The translations under genes and the position numbers were made by a program. The notes below the pieces were generated by a model that saw only the letters and a program-made list of their open reading frames with translations, did no database searches and had not been told where the DNA came from. From Mizuhopecten yessoensis (lineage: Eukaryota), in contig NW_018408372.1 in NCBI RefSeq assembly GCF_002113885.1, positions 384,874-448,873 of the forward strand: 64,000 bases of DNA, read 5' to 3'. Of this stretch, positions 13,240 to 27,620 are shown in pieces; positions within the stretch are counted from its first letter, which is position 1, and each line of letters opens with the position of its first letter.

Positions 13240-13490
13240 TCGCCGTATCACACCCCAAAACCCTTATCAGCCCCCGCCGTATCACAACCCAAAACCCATA
13301 TCACACCCCTTTTGGATTTTTTTTCCGTTTTTCAATTTTTCAAAAAGAAAAATAGATCATAAGATAGTAGTTTTTATCAGTTTGTATTCGACCAATATCA
13401 GCCCTCGGGCCTTCTGGCCTTGGGCTGATATTGCAGTCTCTGGTTAAAACTGGGTGTGATGTGGAAAAAGACATGTATTATTCTCTATGT
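13240..13490. mobile_element. Palindromic non-autonomous DNA element (possibly Crypton-associated)
   Basis: Perfect 12-bp stem caatatcagccc (13393-13404) / gggctgatattg (13422-13433) with an inner ggcc-ttct-ggcc hairpin. Flanking atcacaccc / gggtgtgat inverted motifs. Confidence 0.5.
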
Positions 13491-16000
13491 AATGCCTGTT
13501 CTTTTTTTTTGTTCTGATGTTTATATCTTGGAAACGTGGACACGAAAAGTTTAAACAAACTCAAATATTGATATATATTCATATCCCATTGCATCATATT
13601 AAACCCAGATTGCAACATGTTCTACCTTGATGTCTTTATTACTTTCTGGCATTTTCTTTGTTTGATGAAGTCTATACAGAAATCTATGGTTAGCCCTTAA
13701 GCGTTGACAATGTGATAAGAATATTGTGTCAAAGAAACCATGCGTTAATGTGGGGAGATTTGTTTGTGTCCATTATGAGAGGACATGCAAGCAGCAAACA
13801 AAACAAACCTTTTCATATTCCACGAGGTCGACCCCTTAAGTTATGAATAACCTCCTGTTGATTCAACCAACAGTTTACTATATAACAGCATATTCGATAG
13901 GTCAATGTGAGTGATTTATCGACTGTTATCACAGGAACATGAAGTAGTTGTATCTGATTTAACCCCTTCAGGAAGTGTCATGTCACTGTGTATGCGATAT
14001 TTATCCATCATATCGCAAACAAAGTCTATAAAAAAAATATGATTCATATATCATCTCCTCCTGTTTACTAAATGTGTTCAAATGCCGATGAACATAGTCC
14101 TCTATAGCTAACTCTGGGGTATTGAATCTCAATGTGTATTTGCTCCCTGCGGGCTCTGAATCGTTAGAAAATAAATCTACGTCCGATTGGATGAGCATAC
14201 AATAAAATTCAACATCTTTGTGACCCCATCAGACCCGATGGTTGACTGCTTTGCTCTCTTGTAGGAACAGGGCGGGACAAAAAACTATTCTGCAACCCTA
14301 TTTTAACACGTTTAACGTTCTCTGGTCTATTTATAGCCTTATCATTTCCATCGATTTGTTATTTTTGTTATCATTATAAGATGCAAATGATCAATATTTA
14401 AATCACCTCCTATGAATATATTTGAATTCTGGCCTACCAGTACACGTCCGAAAAGGGCTGTTTAAGATTATCAAACAGATAAGAAATTACGAGAAATTAT
14501 CGGGTTATTTCCCTTTATATATTACCTTCCTGGTTAGGTATTTTTATATCTGAATCTGTTGTTATGGGTGTGCAGGCAGAAATGTTTGCATTTTAATCCA
14601 CTCTGAACAATCTGTGTTTCTGTTAAATTTCCACAATGTCTCTGTTTCTGGTAGATTAAAGTATGTGTTTACTACATCACACGATTCAACGATATAAAAG
14701 GAAATTCGTTTCAACACAGACATTTAAAACATGTCAATAGCTGAACAAAGTAGGTATGTGTTGACTGTGCTTTAGATTATAAACAACTAACATTCCTCTA
14801 TCTCTTTTTAGTTTGATTGGAGACGACATGTAACATGTGGGCATATATGGGCAAATGGCTCTGGAAATGACCGTATTGAGCAGTTTATCAGCATTTCCTT
14901 ACAATTCCTAAGTATTTTTTCAGTGATTGAATACGTATGTAACACATACAGGCATAAATCTTAATCAGCTATACTTTATATACATTAATACAGTACGGTC
15001 GCTGCTTTACCGTGAGGAATTTTGTTCACTATGTATGTAATAAATACCAATATCACTTACCCTGTAAATTGCTGTAAAGCAAACAACGAACACTTAACCT
15101 GCCTTAGGTAAGTTCTAGACATGACTTTGTTGGAATGCACTCCATAGTAATGAAAGAACGGAGAAGCAACGCTAGAAGTAGATAAGGTGTATTTGGGCGA
15201 TTTTTTTTTTTTTGAATTCTTCTTATTTATTTAAGGTTTCCGTTTTGCTTCTTTTCTCACACATATTTTAACCGATTTTTGTACAAAAATGCGTTTGACG
15301 CACGAAATGAAATGCAGGTCCCTACATCAAACATAACTCTCTCGATGCAGAATACTTTCTAGATATACTTTTTACCTTTGTTTCATTTTCTTTCTTTTAA
15401 CTTGGCCTCGTTTACGAGGAGCTATATGCGATTGTGTCTTCAAAATATTACAGAAGTGTATAAAGTCTGTGAGGTCTAGCAAGGACTTTTATATTTATGC
15501 TGCCATTATTGTTTTTGTTTTGATTAACAGGTGTTTAACAGCTACAACCCCGTCCATCATTATTATCGTTTTATTATGACATTAGTTTAATGATAAAGAA
15601 GCACTCAAAACAAAAAATAGACGTTCACTGCCTTTATTAATACTGATTTCTTAACATTGACATCAACTTATTACCTATTAACAATGAGCAAAATCAGTAT
15701 ACATATTTATGCATTGAATCACAAATAGGTAAAATAATGAACATGTTAATATTTGAAGTTACGATTTCACATATGTACGTAAAGCCCGGAAGAGTGAGTA
15801 ATCTAAAAGCAAGAAAATAAATTACTGTTAACGGGTCAATGTCAGATTTATAATGATAAACCATAGGTAATACCTGTGCAGTTAGGTAACACACCGTACG
15901 TCTGGGAACCCGTCACCCAGGACCAGCAATATAATGATGAACCTTTAACCCAGGAGTGTATACGGAATCATATAAACGGCATACCTCGAACCTATTTCAC

Positions 16001-16008
16001 TATATAAA
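16001..16008 (+). promoter_or_regulatory. TATA box of the Ig-domain gene
   Basis: TATATAAA about 60 bp upstream of a Kozak-like caccATGG at 16063. Confidence 0.6.
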
Positions 16009-16062
16009 AAGCATTTTAGATTGTATTGAAGAGTAACACAGCATGTTTTAGAGCACATCACC

Positions 16063-19000
16063 ATGGGATGGTTTGGACTATATGTAACCCTCGCCGGCAT
16101 TCTCTCTCAAGCTACAGGTAAAGTACAAATAATGTATATGTCAAAGTTTTATCTTATCTCTGTTGATATGACATAAAACTTGTTCTGTACAATTAATTAT
16201 ATAATGAATCTGTATGGATTTGGGATCCAGAAAGTGTCAGCAGGTATAAGTATACCGAGTGTATAGTTGTAGTAATTTTAGTTAATCCAAGGATTAAGCT
16301 GTTCATTCATTTATCTTCTGCACACCCTTGAGATATATCATGACAATATTTTAGTTAAAAGCCATATGCATTAGCGAATGCACGAAAACCAATAATAACG
16401 ACAATATCATATTAGTTTCTAATAGAATAATAATCATATCAATTACCATTATCATTAATGATAATCACGAATAATATAAGTGTACAAGTGATTACCCTTA
16501 CGAAGGCTCTATTTCGTCTCTGCAATTTCGAACGAATCCAGATGTTCAAGTATAATGTGTTAGAAGCGGTCATTGCACGGTGGTCAGAGACGTAGATGTG
16601 ATGACATGTATGTGAATCGAGAGCGAAACACCTGGATCACGATGTTGCTGTCGTTATACTGTATATCGGGAAATTTTGGCCAAGTGAAACTTTCGCCTTT
16701 CTCCAATGAATTATTTTTTCGCCCAATGTGAATTTCGCCCTTCACGTGAAATTGTAATGTTTATTATGTTGTCTGTCTATATTCTGTGTAATTCTTACTT
16801 CGATCTCGTTACGGAGGGCATCCAAGACTTGATCTAAATGCCACAAAAAGGTCTCGGTATGCAATATATCCATGCTTGACCTAAGCATTATTAAACTAAT
16901 GTTCAACAGGTTAAAAGCCTTCTGTATTATCTAATGCAAAAAAACAACGTAAAGCAATATCATATTACTTTTTAAGTGAGTTATGGCCATTTCATTAACC
17001 ATTATCATAGTTGATTATCACGAGTAATATAAGTGTACATAGGATTATCCTAACGAAGATTGTATTTTATCTCTAACTTTTGGAACGAAAACAGAAGTAT
17101 AATGTGTTAAAAGCGGTCATTGTACGGCAGTGAGAGACGTAACTTTGCTGACCTTTATCGTGTGAAGTTCATATGTCGGTGTTATTCAGTGACCGGATTT
17201 TTGGACTTGTTGTTGAGATCGGTAGTCACTATGTAGGTCGTTAGTAGTGCGGGCTTGTGTTTGTCTACAAGCTTATCGCAATAGACAGGCGCGTTTTATA
17301 CCTAGAATACCTCCGTCTTATCTTGTTCTATCTATCTTAAGATGGTGTCTAAAAGGTCTATATTTAAGTGACGTGTTTACTTAAAGATTTTGTATTGATA
17401 TTTTATTACATTTTAAATGGTGAATAGCTTTAAAGAAATCATATATTAACGACGAAGTTTTTTCTAATATTCGTTATAAACGAAGATGTGATGAGCCTTC
17501 TCACAAACTGATTGAAAATTTCATGCATAGCTATACCTTTTTCGTTTTGATAAAAAAATGACGCTTACAGTTTGATGAGATTAAGAGAAAATCAGGAGAT
17601 TCTGTAGAAAAATGGAGTGTTGTAGTATGTAAATTTGTCGATTAAGAAGACATATCACTTTATTTTCCATTTTAATTGTGATATCACTATTAAGTCGGCA
17701 TCAGATCCACGCTAAAGAGGCAGTTACGCCAACATACCTTGCCTCCAGCACACGTTCAAATACTGTATACACACAAGTGTTAGACACATGGAGCCACGTT
17801 CTGTAATGACCTTAGCTGTCGATAGGACGGTAAACCAAATTATACAAAAACAACAACACAACATTTCAATAATAAAACACTTTCGGATAACAGACTTAAC
17901 TATTTTACTGTATTCAGATTATAATTTTATGATTTTACACTGTCTTTTGTAGGTTATCTATGTTTATCCGAAATATTACCTTAAGGCATTGGTGATCACA
18001 TGTATTTACGAATACCTGCTTCTATACTTCCTTAAACAATAAGAACCCTGTTGTGTAAGAAGAAATGGTAAACCGACGGTCCCAGGAACGTATACAATAG
18101 TAACTCTCAGACGACAATGCTATAAATACACTAACACATATAACATATTTGTAATAATCAGTGATTGTTACAAAGTATAAAGTATAGATTGATTTTACTC
18201 CTGAGTATATTCTTCGAGCTTCAGCGAGTAGATCTTAAACCTCACGAGCTCAGCAAAAAACACAGACCGTCTTTTCAACATTACAGATAATCAAGAACAC
18301 ACTACATAATATTTTCCAAATGCAGATTAGCAGCAGCAAAAATAAATCCAATACATTACAAACGGTTGCCAACGCGATTACACTTTAGCAAACACAACAC
18401 AGTAAAACGACCATGCATCAAAGGGGCTCGCTACTCCTGCTACTCCTCAGTGCAATGAACATTAGCATGGAATACAACATGCAACCAGTATATTTCAGAC
18501 GTCCAACATATGACAAATTGATATAAAAAAGAACACAAACCAACACATGTAACACTTACATACTCCAATAGGCAACTCGTTGAGGAACTCGTCAGGTAGC
18601 TGGCCATGTTGGAACACAATGTGCGAACATTTTTTTCATTTACGTAGAACACTAATAAACGCATTGTGTATGGATGCAATAATGAGTGGAATGTTGTTGA
18701 TGATTATTATGATGATGATGACATGTCAGAAAAAAGAGACAGGTGTGCATGGTCGTATTTATGAAATTTAACAAAATAAAATGATTATAAATTGAGTGAA
18801 AGTACATTATGTATGGCGAACGAAAACCCTCTTTCGTTGAGGGCATTCGTTGTTCGGGTATTGAACCAGGGCCCTTTAACCCTGTCAGTCCCTTCTCAAA
18901 CTATTGCTGAAGAATTTAAAAAAAAACAACTCACGAGCTTACCTAGAAAATCATTTTATTGGATATATAATTAGTCAGATATTCGGTTCATCAAGCAACT

Positions 19001-22000
19001 TAAATGCTAATGAGACCTTAATTACTTCGGCGGTCTCAACGTGACGTCTTTATTATCTTGATGTTATGTCGATTCATGCAACTTTACACTACATTTGCCA
19101 AAAGAAAAAATATAAATATCGTTTGATCAACATTATTTTGCAGTATTTTTTCCGCCTCGAAGTACAAAAAATAACCATTAGGAGCAATCATTTTGGTGGC
19201 GAAAAGTTCCTCCAAAATCATCATTTGTACTGATGACACAGACACTTCAGTATCTAAAAGATAAAGACATACGATATATATTTAGATAGATCAATGATAG
19301 TTCATAAGTTCAGAATACACACTTTAAATATATGAATTGAACAGTGTTTTAATACAGACATGCAATTTGAAAAACAGCCGTTTAATCGTTTTATGATTTT
19401 TTGAATAGACAGTTGTTTAATAGAGTTAAATTATATGCGATAGATGAGGTTAGTGACGGTATTACACCTTTTTGTTGAACTTTCTAGGAATTGTCCTAAC
19501 GATTGAGCCGCACAAGATACAGTACACGGGCAATGATGACGTCACGATCCGCTGTGAACTTGGAGAATCGGACTTAGCAACAATTGGATGGATGCAAATA
19601 TCAAAACAGAATCTTTTAATGAACAAGACACCGTTCCTGGTTCTGCGAATAAGTGATGGCACGGGGCCAGAATGGGGATCCGAAATTGATGATGCGAAAA
19701 TGGACGAAAAGACCACTGTGAGATATTCGCTGGAACCATTGGATGAAACTTATTTAGAAGTTACGCTGCATCAGATTGAATGTGGAGATGATGGTGTATA
19801 TTCCTGTGAAGTTTTCGGATTGAATCAGAACGAGGAAACGGTAAAGGAAACAATTCGGGAAGAGCTAATTGTTTACTGTAAGTATATAAACTGTCTTTCA
19901 ATTATTTTAAACACATACGTTTTGAATGTTTAATTCATGCCGGACACAGTTTACCTGTGTATCCGTGTTTTACCTCAAATGCTTTGTACTTGTATAATAA
20001 AATATAATATGTCGTGCATATCATAAAAGATCTGGTAAAATGCAAATCAATAAGCAACCTAAATTAGGATTGAAGCCACATGTGAGCGCACGATAATGAC
20101 ATGAATAAAACTAAGTAATACTTTTAAGTACTATTTCGTAGGTAGTCCGAATTAATATATTTCATTCATATACAATATGCAGCATCCCACCACTAATATG
20201 TTTCAATCTAGTCTACTAAAAAAATGCGGTCTTTCTGAAAGCAGCGACGATTAGCATGGTGAGGAAAATAGCCTTTTGTCAATTTAGATTATCGTAGTGT
20301 GCTGACTGCAATGTTTCTGTCATGGCTTGCATTTACACATATTTACATTGCGGGTGTCGACGATAAAGTAAAATATGCTTGTATTTTTATCTAGGATACA
20401 TTTGCATTTGTTTATAGTTTGCACTACCTTTCCCGATTTGATGTTCAAATTCCGATTTTGTTATTTGCATTAAAAGTCACCTCTGGCATTAAGATGGCAA
20501 TCTTTCCATGAGAACTGTCCTTCGGTTAACCAGCATGTGCCAAGTTGGCTAATGAGAAATTGTATAACTACCTCTAACATTAGATCCGATTAATTTTAAC
20601 CAAAATTGTAATTGCAATAAGCGGTGGTCAGAAGTGGTCAAGTGGACAAAGGTTAGTCTGTAATAAGCAAGTGTTGTCAGTAGTGGTCCAAAGTTGGCCA
20701 GAAGCGGTTAAGTAAAGGTTAGCTGTATGTAGTCAGGTCGTGATCAGAACTGGTCAACTGTGGGTCAGTAGTTGTCAAATGTTGGTCAGTTGTGGTCAGG
20801 TAGTCATAATTGGTACCATACAGGGTATGTTAATTACTCGTCGGCCAAGAGAGCGGATCACCGAAGAAATATATTTGATATGCTTTGCCTTTTGAACAAA
20901 CGTGACGATATTTTCACAATATGCTTCTGTGTGGTCTGCAGTGTCGTTTCTGTTTATATCAATTATAAATCTATCATTGTCACCACTATCCTACATTCGA
21001 ATCTTTTCAAAAAAAACCAGTTAGAAAAAAATGTTGAGTGATAGAGCACCTGAATAAAAAAAAAAAATAAAAAAACATATTTTAATCTTCATAGTTTAAC
21101 ATTGTTTTTGTTTATTATTAAAGCCTTTGGACAGAGACCAGTCATAACTTATTTCTCCACAACAATCCCAGAAAAGAAGTTAACGGTAACCCGTGGTAGT
21201 GAGGTAACACTTCTTTGTAATGGCATGGTCGGTAAACCACATTTGCCTATTACATGGTACCAGTTCATCGACAAAGCTGGCGCTTTTGTGAGCTTAAAGG
21301 AGCATGTTAGTGAAGGTATGTCACTACTTTTATTATCATTCCGTTTCGTATATGCTTATCTGCAAAAGAAAGTATGCTTCGTTACTAATGAACCATAATC
21401 AAGCAAGAAGTTCCATGCATATATTTACATTCTGTATTCATTGACGCAAATGATTTGCTTGCGGAACTTGGGTTATCTCATCGTTTTGCGTGTTGATACA
21501 ACAGCGGGCTTCATTAGGTAAATCAGACGTCATTTGTTTACCATCCACAGAAATGCTGTCCTAAGAGCATTGTTATGATGCTAACCGAAATGAACATAAA
21601 CATCATTGCATTCCTGTTAAAGATAAGATACCAACGCGATTCATGTAATATGCATATGCATAGAGACCAAATTTTGCTATGACTTCATAAATACTAATTC
21701 CTCAAGTAACAAAGATTAGTGAGAAATGAAATAATGAATAAACGCACAAAATGAAACAAATAGAGACGAAGAAGTGTAAAGAGAAATAAAAAACATAAAA
21801 TAACAAGACCTACTTTTTTCGACACATCTAATTTATCCAAAATTTCGTAAATCACCATGTTTTCGCGTGCTCTTTATTTCGTAATCATTGCGGCTGAAGC
21901 ACATTTTCGACAACTTTGGATGATATTATTATAATAATGACAATCATTATATCGGAAACGATATGCGCAAAAGATGAAATTTGCGTTTTAGTCTCCTCAT

Positions 22001-25000
22001 ACGTTTTTTCCGATATTTTTTTTAATTTCTAAAGAAACGCTGATGGTGGAAACGGACAACATGTGCTCGTACAACGGGAGCAGCTACTTAACGTTAACTG
22101 CGCCCCTCGATGAAAATGAAATTACAGTCAGATGTGGAATTGGTCCTTTGAACGACACAATCACAGTAGTGACAGGAGATACAGCGGAGAAAAGTTGTAA
22201 GTATATCATGAGTTTTATTTCTAAGTACTGTAGAGACATCTTACATTTGTACTAACGGAAATCGTTTACAGGATAAACAGCAAGGTAAAGTTTTGAGTAT
22301 ACCATGATTTATATTTCAGTACTCTTGAGATATCTTACTTACGCAAAAGGGGGTTACAACAATGTACCTCACACAAACATAAGGTTAACATAACACAAAT
22401 GACATTTTTAAAACGATCTTACCCAAAATCATAATATCATTACCAACTGCTAGGACAGAAGATACTGTCGGCTTACTACTAAGCGGTATGATTGGCGTGA
22501 CGGTTAATGTGGTTATTAATTGGTCTTTCGTTGCACTTAATATTAAAGCTAAAAAGCTGTACATACATGAACATATTCTACTATCTAAACTATCAAGTTG
22601 TTTAACATGAAACAACATCATTTGTTTTCGTTTCAACTGATTATTTATATTTTTATTTTAATGTATTTTATTTCTACCTAGTTAATACGATCTTCAACAG
22701 ACGCAGTGATATTCTCCACACAGAGGCAAACGAAGAAGAACAAGAAACAGAAAATGGTTTGTTGCTAGTTGTCAACCTTTAGCAGTTGTTAACTTGGGGA
22801 ACGCATCGTTTCGTTTCGCTGCAAGAAACACGACTGGAATATGAAATATGTTTCTAACGGTATTGATGTTATATAATAATGATAAGCCTAATGAAAAACG
22901 TTACTGCAATCTTTTTTAATTATTTAATTTACCTCTAATCATTTTTCTTTCGTTCTTAGTTACGGTAGAACAGGGCAATTAGCTAAGATTTGCCGACTTT
23001 TATTTCATAAAAACGGTACAAATACTTAATAATCTAATCATATTATTTCAATCAACCTATTTTCGTTGCGTAATTTACATTAACGTTATTTCTATGAACA
23101 CAAATAGTATTCGTAGCTGTTTCATTTCCTGTTACCATAACTTACAATTGCAAATAGTAATTATCTAATAAATCTGCAGGTGAAAAGGGGATATAAAATA
23201 GTCCTACATTACAAATATTTTTCTGTCTTTAAAGGACTATTACTAAGCATAAATCCATCAAAAGTTCAGTACCAAGGTTATTTCGACGTCACCATTAAAT
23301 GTGATGTCGGAAACCTTGCTGAGAACCTAACAAGAATCGGATTTATTCAACTCCAAAAGGAAAGCCTTGTTTCATGGAAACGACCGTATTTAACACTTCA
23401 AGCTACGAACGGAACCGATCCGGAATGGGGGACAGGAATCGATGGTCAGAAATTAGAAAGTAAAAGTACGGTGACGTACCGGCGACACCCTCTAAACGAG
23501 GCTTTCATTCAGGTGGTACTCCATAGGATAGAATGTGATGACGAAGGGATATATACATGTCTTCTCTTTGGAGTTGACAATGAGAACAACATGATAGAGA
23601 CAACAGTCAGGGAGGAACTATCCATATACAGTGAGTAACTATTTTAGACGATAATCAATTAAAATGATTAATATTGGTGTAATGCGCGTGCGCGTGCGCG
23701 GAGCATTTAGTTTTGTTATATTCGTAGTCATCAAAGGAAGCGTGGAATCAATTAACTTTATCCTGCCATGAGTTGCTATAACAGTAACATTTCCATTTTC
23801 ATTTAACTTATCTAAAGACGGGGTTTATCTATACGGAAGTAGCCGGTGACCGCAAAAAGTTCAAAAGTGTTGAGCAAAATGTAATTCCTGGGAACAGTTA
23901 TGATCTTGACAGCAGTGAAATATGTTCATGCTGGTAAAGTAACGTTTCAATATTAACAACCGAGAAAGAAAGAATGTTGGTCAATATTGAATTAAGATAT
24001 TGAAACCCATAAAATTAGAATGAGTTCCGATAAAACTATGAAAAGCATGTAAATATATAAATATATCTTCTTTAACAGAAATTGATGTCATTAACAGAAA
24101 CAATTATTTCTTGTTACAAAGCGTATGCCGGTGAACCAGTGATTACTATTAATGATCAGAGATACCCAACGAAAGAGGCGCATGCTCCTCCAGGAGCTAA
24201 TATCACTTTGACGTGTACTGGACCTGTGGGAAAACCACAAGCGCCTATCCAATGGTACAAATATGACATGTTTGCTGGAGCGTACGTCTACACTACAGAA
24301 GGGATTCAACCAGGTTTGTCTTTAAAATCAGGATACAATATTCGTTCTTCGGGCTGAGGTCAGATCAGGCCGCAAGGAGAAGCTTGTCAGGGGTCTTCAC
24401 TTCACCATATTATCACGAACCGGACTAATTAGTTTTATAAAGTTCATCCTGTTCCAAACGATAAAAAAGAATTAATCGGTTCTATTCAATTGCAAGATCG
24501 ACTGATATAAGATTCTTGCTACAACCATAATCTGTTACATATTTGTTGTAAAAATCGAATTCAGATCTTAATTTTTGTCACTTTTCCTAAATTATATGCG
24601 TTTATAAGGCATACTTGGACAACGCAGTATACAACGCAGTATATACGAGGAAAAGGATTGCAATGACGCATTATATTCATATTGGCCTCTCTCTCGTACC
24701 TCATACCAGATAGCAGAAGGAAAAACTAGCCCAAGGTGGCCAGCATTGTTCTCCTTTAACGATCATAGTGTAATATTGCTAGACTGTCATGGGTAGAATC
24801 CACTTACTGTTACACGAACTCGAGAGTAATCGAAGATGTTTTTGTTTTAGAAAACATCGATCTCCCGATAGACCACCTTTGCAGATATACTGGTACGTCC
24901 ACACTGACATTTTTCACGACGGTTTTAGAACATGAAGTTACATACGAGTGTAAGATCGGGGCTTTTGCTGACAGCATTACTGTTATCATTGACGGAAGAT

Positions 25001-26563
25001 CGAGTGGTAAGTACACTGAAATGTTCACAATTTTAGGCGTTTAACATAAAAAGAAAAAGGGTGTTCAAGGACTCACACACTTATTTCATTTACTGTGTGT
25101 TGTCACTTAACTGTGGAGAAATATCTTTAATATTGTATTTTATTATAGCACAGGTGTACTGCACAACAATGTACAAAATCACAGTATGTATTAATTGCAC
25201 AGAATTAAATGAAATCACAATGCATTGCACACCAATGTATAAAAGCATGGCACTTGTACATTACACACAAATCTATGACAGGACGGGTGCATTATACACA
25301 TGTGTATGACATCACAACGCAGGAACATTGTACACAAATTGTTTTATATCACAGCACTGGTTCATATGTATAATATCGCAATACGAGTATATAATAAGCA
25401 AAAGTGTTTAAAGGGATACGTAATAGATTAATGAATACATGGGTAACAAGTTATTGTTTGTAATACGGCTACAGTGTATGAAGTCTCAGCCGAATGTTAA
25501 AGACGAGTCCTAGACCTGATTTAATCAAAGTCTATAGGATCGTGACCACAATTTATTATTCTTAATGAAATCAAGTTTAAAATCCATACGTTAATGTACA
25601 TATGTGTATGTTTTCAATTTATATTTTTTACCAAGTCAAGGCCGATTTGCATTCAAAATATTTGTTGACAAAAGAAAGTTTTCTATCAACTGTTTTCACT
25701 CTGATCTGTAATAATTTCCTCTTTAATACAGACATATCCCCCTCATTCAGCCGTGAGACACAACCAATTGAAACTGAAGGTAAGGCCTACATCCTAATTA
25801 TGCTATTTGTGTCTGAACAGAATTTGAAATAACTGTTAATTCTAGTCCCATTGTGTATGTATACATGTCTATATGAATACTCCTTCAACACGGCTCCTGC
25901 TCTGGATTGTCAATGACTGGGTAAGCACACAGTGGTGGTGTGTGTGGACATTTTAGTGCTGCCCAGTTATAATTGTTATTTAGAGTAGGTAAGGCCTTAG
26001 TACTACATATACTGAAGTTTTACTTAGACACTTTCAGTCAGGTTAACTTGAGATTATTGGAAACAAAATGTCGGAGGCATCCGTAATCGTAAGATTGTTA
26101 TTACCATGTAGTTAGAACGTATATCTAAATTTCTTACTGTGGAGGGTAAATCTAGTAAAGCACGATGACTCTCATGATCAACACTGTTATCGAAGAAATA
26201 CTTTATCATTTTCATTACAGATATAAATTTACATCATGTAAGATGATATAATTTTGAATATCTTGTATATACATATGTTCTGATAATGTTCTCGAAAGAG
26301 AGAAACAATAAATTTTGGATAACTTTCCTCGATACTGGTCATTCAATTTGATTACAAAAGAAATATATATATTTGTATATATTACAATGGAATGTAAGAA
26401 ATTGCAAGATTATAAAACTTATATTGATATCGCTTTATTCGTCAAGTTAGTGTTCAAAGTTTTCTTTTTTACAGGGATCAACTCCGCCTATTGCCAAAAC
26501 GGTGCTGGTGTGCTGTGCGCCGTATTAGCAATACTCGTTTGGCTTAACATCAAATTAGAATAA
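16063..26563 (+). CDS. Ig-superfamily cell-surface protein, 584 aa: SP-IgV-IgC2-linker-IgV-IgC2-linker-probable GPI signal
   Basis: Ten exons, all introns phase 1 GT-AG: 16063-16117, 19488-19877, 21124-21315, 22035-22196, 22682-22756, 23235-23630, 24122-24313, 24851-25006, 25732-25779, 26475-26563 (1755 nt). Signal peptide MGWFGLYVTLAGILSQATG. V-set motifs VTIRC...W...DDGVYSC and VTIKC...DEGIYTC. C2 motifs VTLLC.G.VGKP..PITWY and ITLTC.GPVGKP..PIQWY. Hydrophobic end GINSA...VLCAVLAILVWLNIKLE*. Confidence 0.88.
16445..17145. repeat. About 150-bp imperfect direct duplication in intron 1 of the Ig gene
   Basis: 16445-16595 and 16998-17142 share accattatcat...taatataagtgtaca...aagtataatgtgtta.aagcggtcattg.acgg...agagacgta. 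Confidence 0.75.
20620..20812. repeat. Degenerate short-unit tandem repeat (gtggtca core)
   Basis: Recurrent gtggtca/ttggtca/tggtcc motifs about every 10-20 bp. Confidence 0.55.
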
Positions 26564-27249
26564 GTCTTGCTTATACTTCCTGGCTGTTCATACACTTTTA
26601 GCATTCGTTAAGTTTTGTTTGTTTACACGTAATTTTGTTTTTATTGATGTTTCCTTACTGCAGCGATAAAGAAACAAAAGCATGACCTTATTGCATACTT
26701 TGATATAGAGAACTTGTTAATGGAACCTTGTTAACTATTGACATCGTACTGAAACACATTGTTAGAATGTCATATACTTCAATACATACCCTTCTGTATA
26801 TTTCGTCGCCGTAAATGAACTTTCGAACTTCTTGCTCTCCATAATGAGAGTGAATTCAGCTTCACAGCAAATATAACTGCATGACATCTGAAAGGTGATA
26901 TCAGTGTTGAGCAAATAAGAATTTTACCTATGAAGGACGAAAGATGAACATCGAAAAGTGTTCCTGGTATATAGTCAGTTCCTATCATGGTGTCATGTAT
27001 AATATGTAATTAAGTTAATTCGACAATGTTTTAACTATTCATTCATTCATTTTCATAACGTTGTTAACAGGTATTTGCTTATGTGGTCACTTCATATTGA
27101 ATTTTCTGATAGATCGTATCCCAGAAACCACGAAATAAGCATAACTAGCAGCATTACCCTGTTTACATTATACAATGCCCAATTAATATATATAATGATA
27201 CACGTAGATGAACAGTTACATGTAGTTGAACATATCTGATTTATATATA

Positions 27250-27620
27250 GGATCTTGCATGAGTTTCCATTTCATATGAGATTTATGAAACGAGTCTAAG
27301 ATTTTTTTAGTTAAGCGAGCCTCTGGCGAGCTAAAATGAAAAATTCGTTACGAGTTTCATGAACTTCAAATGAAATGAAAACGAATGAAAGATCGTTTTT
27401 ATTACATAATGAAGATGTGTGGTATTTATTCGTGTATATCCAGTGCGTAAGTCTGTGACGTCATGTACTTGTCCTAGAGTGACGTCACAATTGAAACAAT
27501 TGAAACTTTCAACCAATCACAGGTCATATTACATGGGTTAATACGCCAAAAAAGTATGACATGTGTATTTTCACTGGATAATACAGTGCATTATGTGATA
27601 AAATACAGTATGAATAAATA
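27250..27620. mobile_element. Non-autonomous element with internal inverted repeat
   Basis: ccatttcatatgagatttatgaaacgag (about 27267-27294) is inverted relative to cgagtttcatgaacttcaaatgaaatg (about 27351-27377), around a central cgagcctctggcgag. Confidence 0.5.

Noticed and set aside
12998-13447. 149-aa ORF
   Set aside because: It runs through a palindromic repeat element, has AT-rich non-coding composition and shows no domain signal.
18560-18610. Hammerhead ribozyme (minus-strand CUGACGA)
   Set aside because: No GAAA core or closing helices follow.
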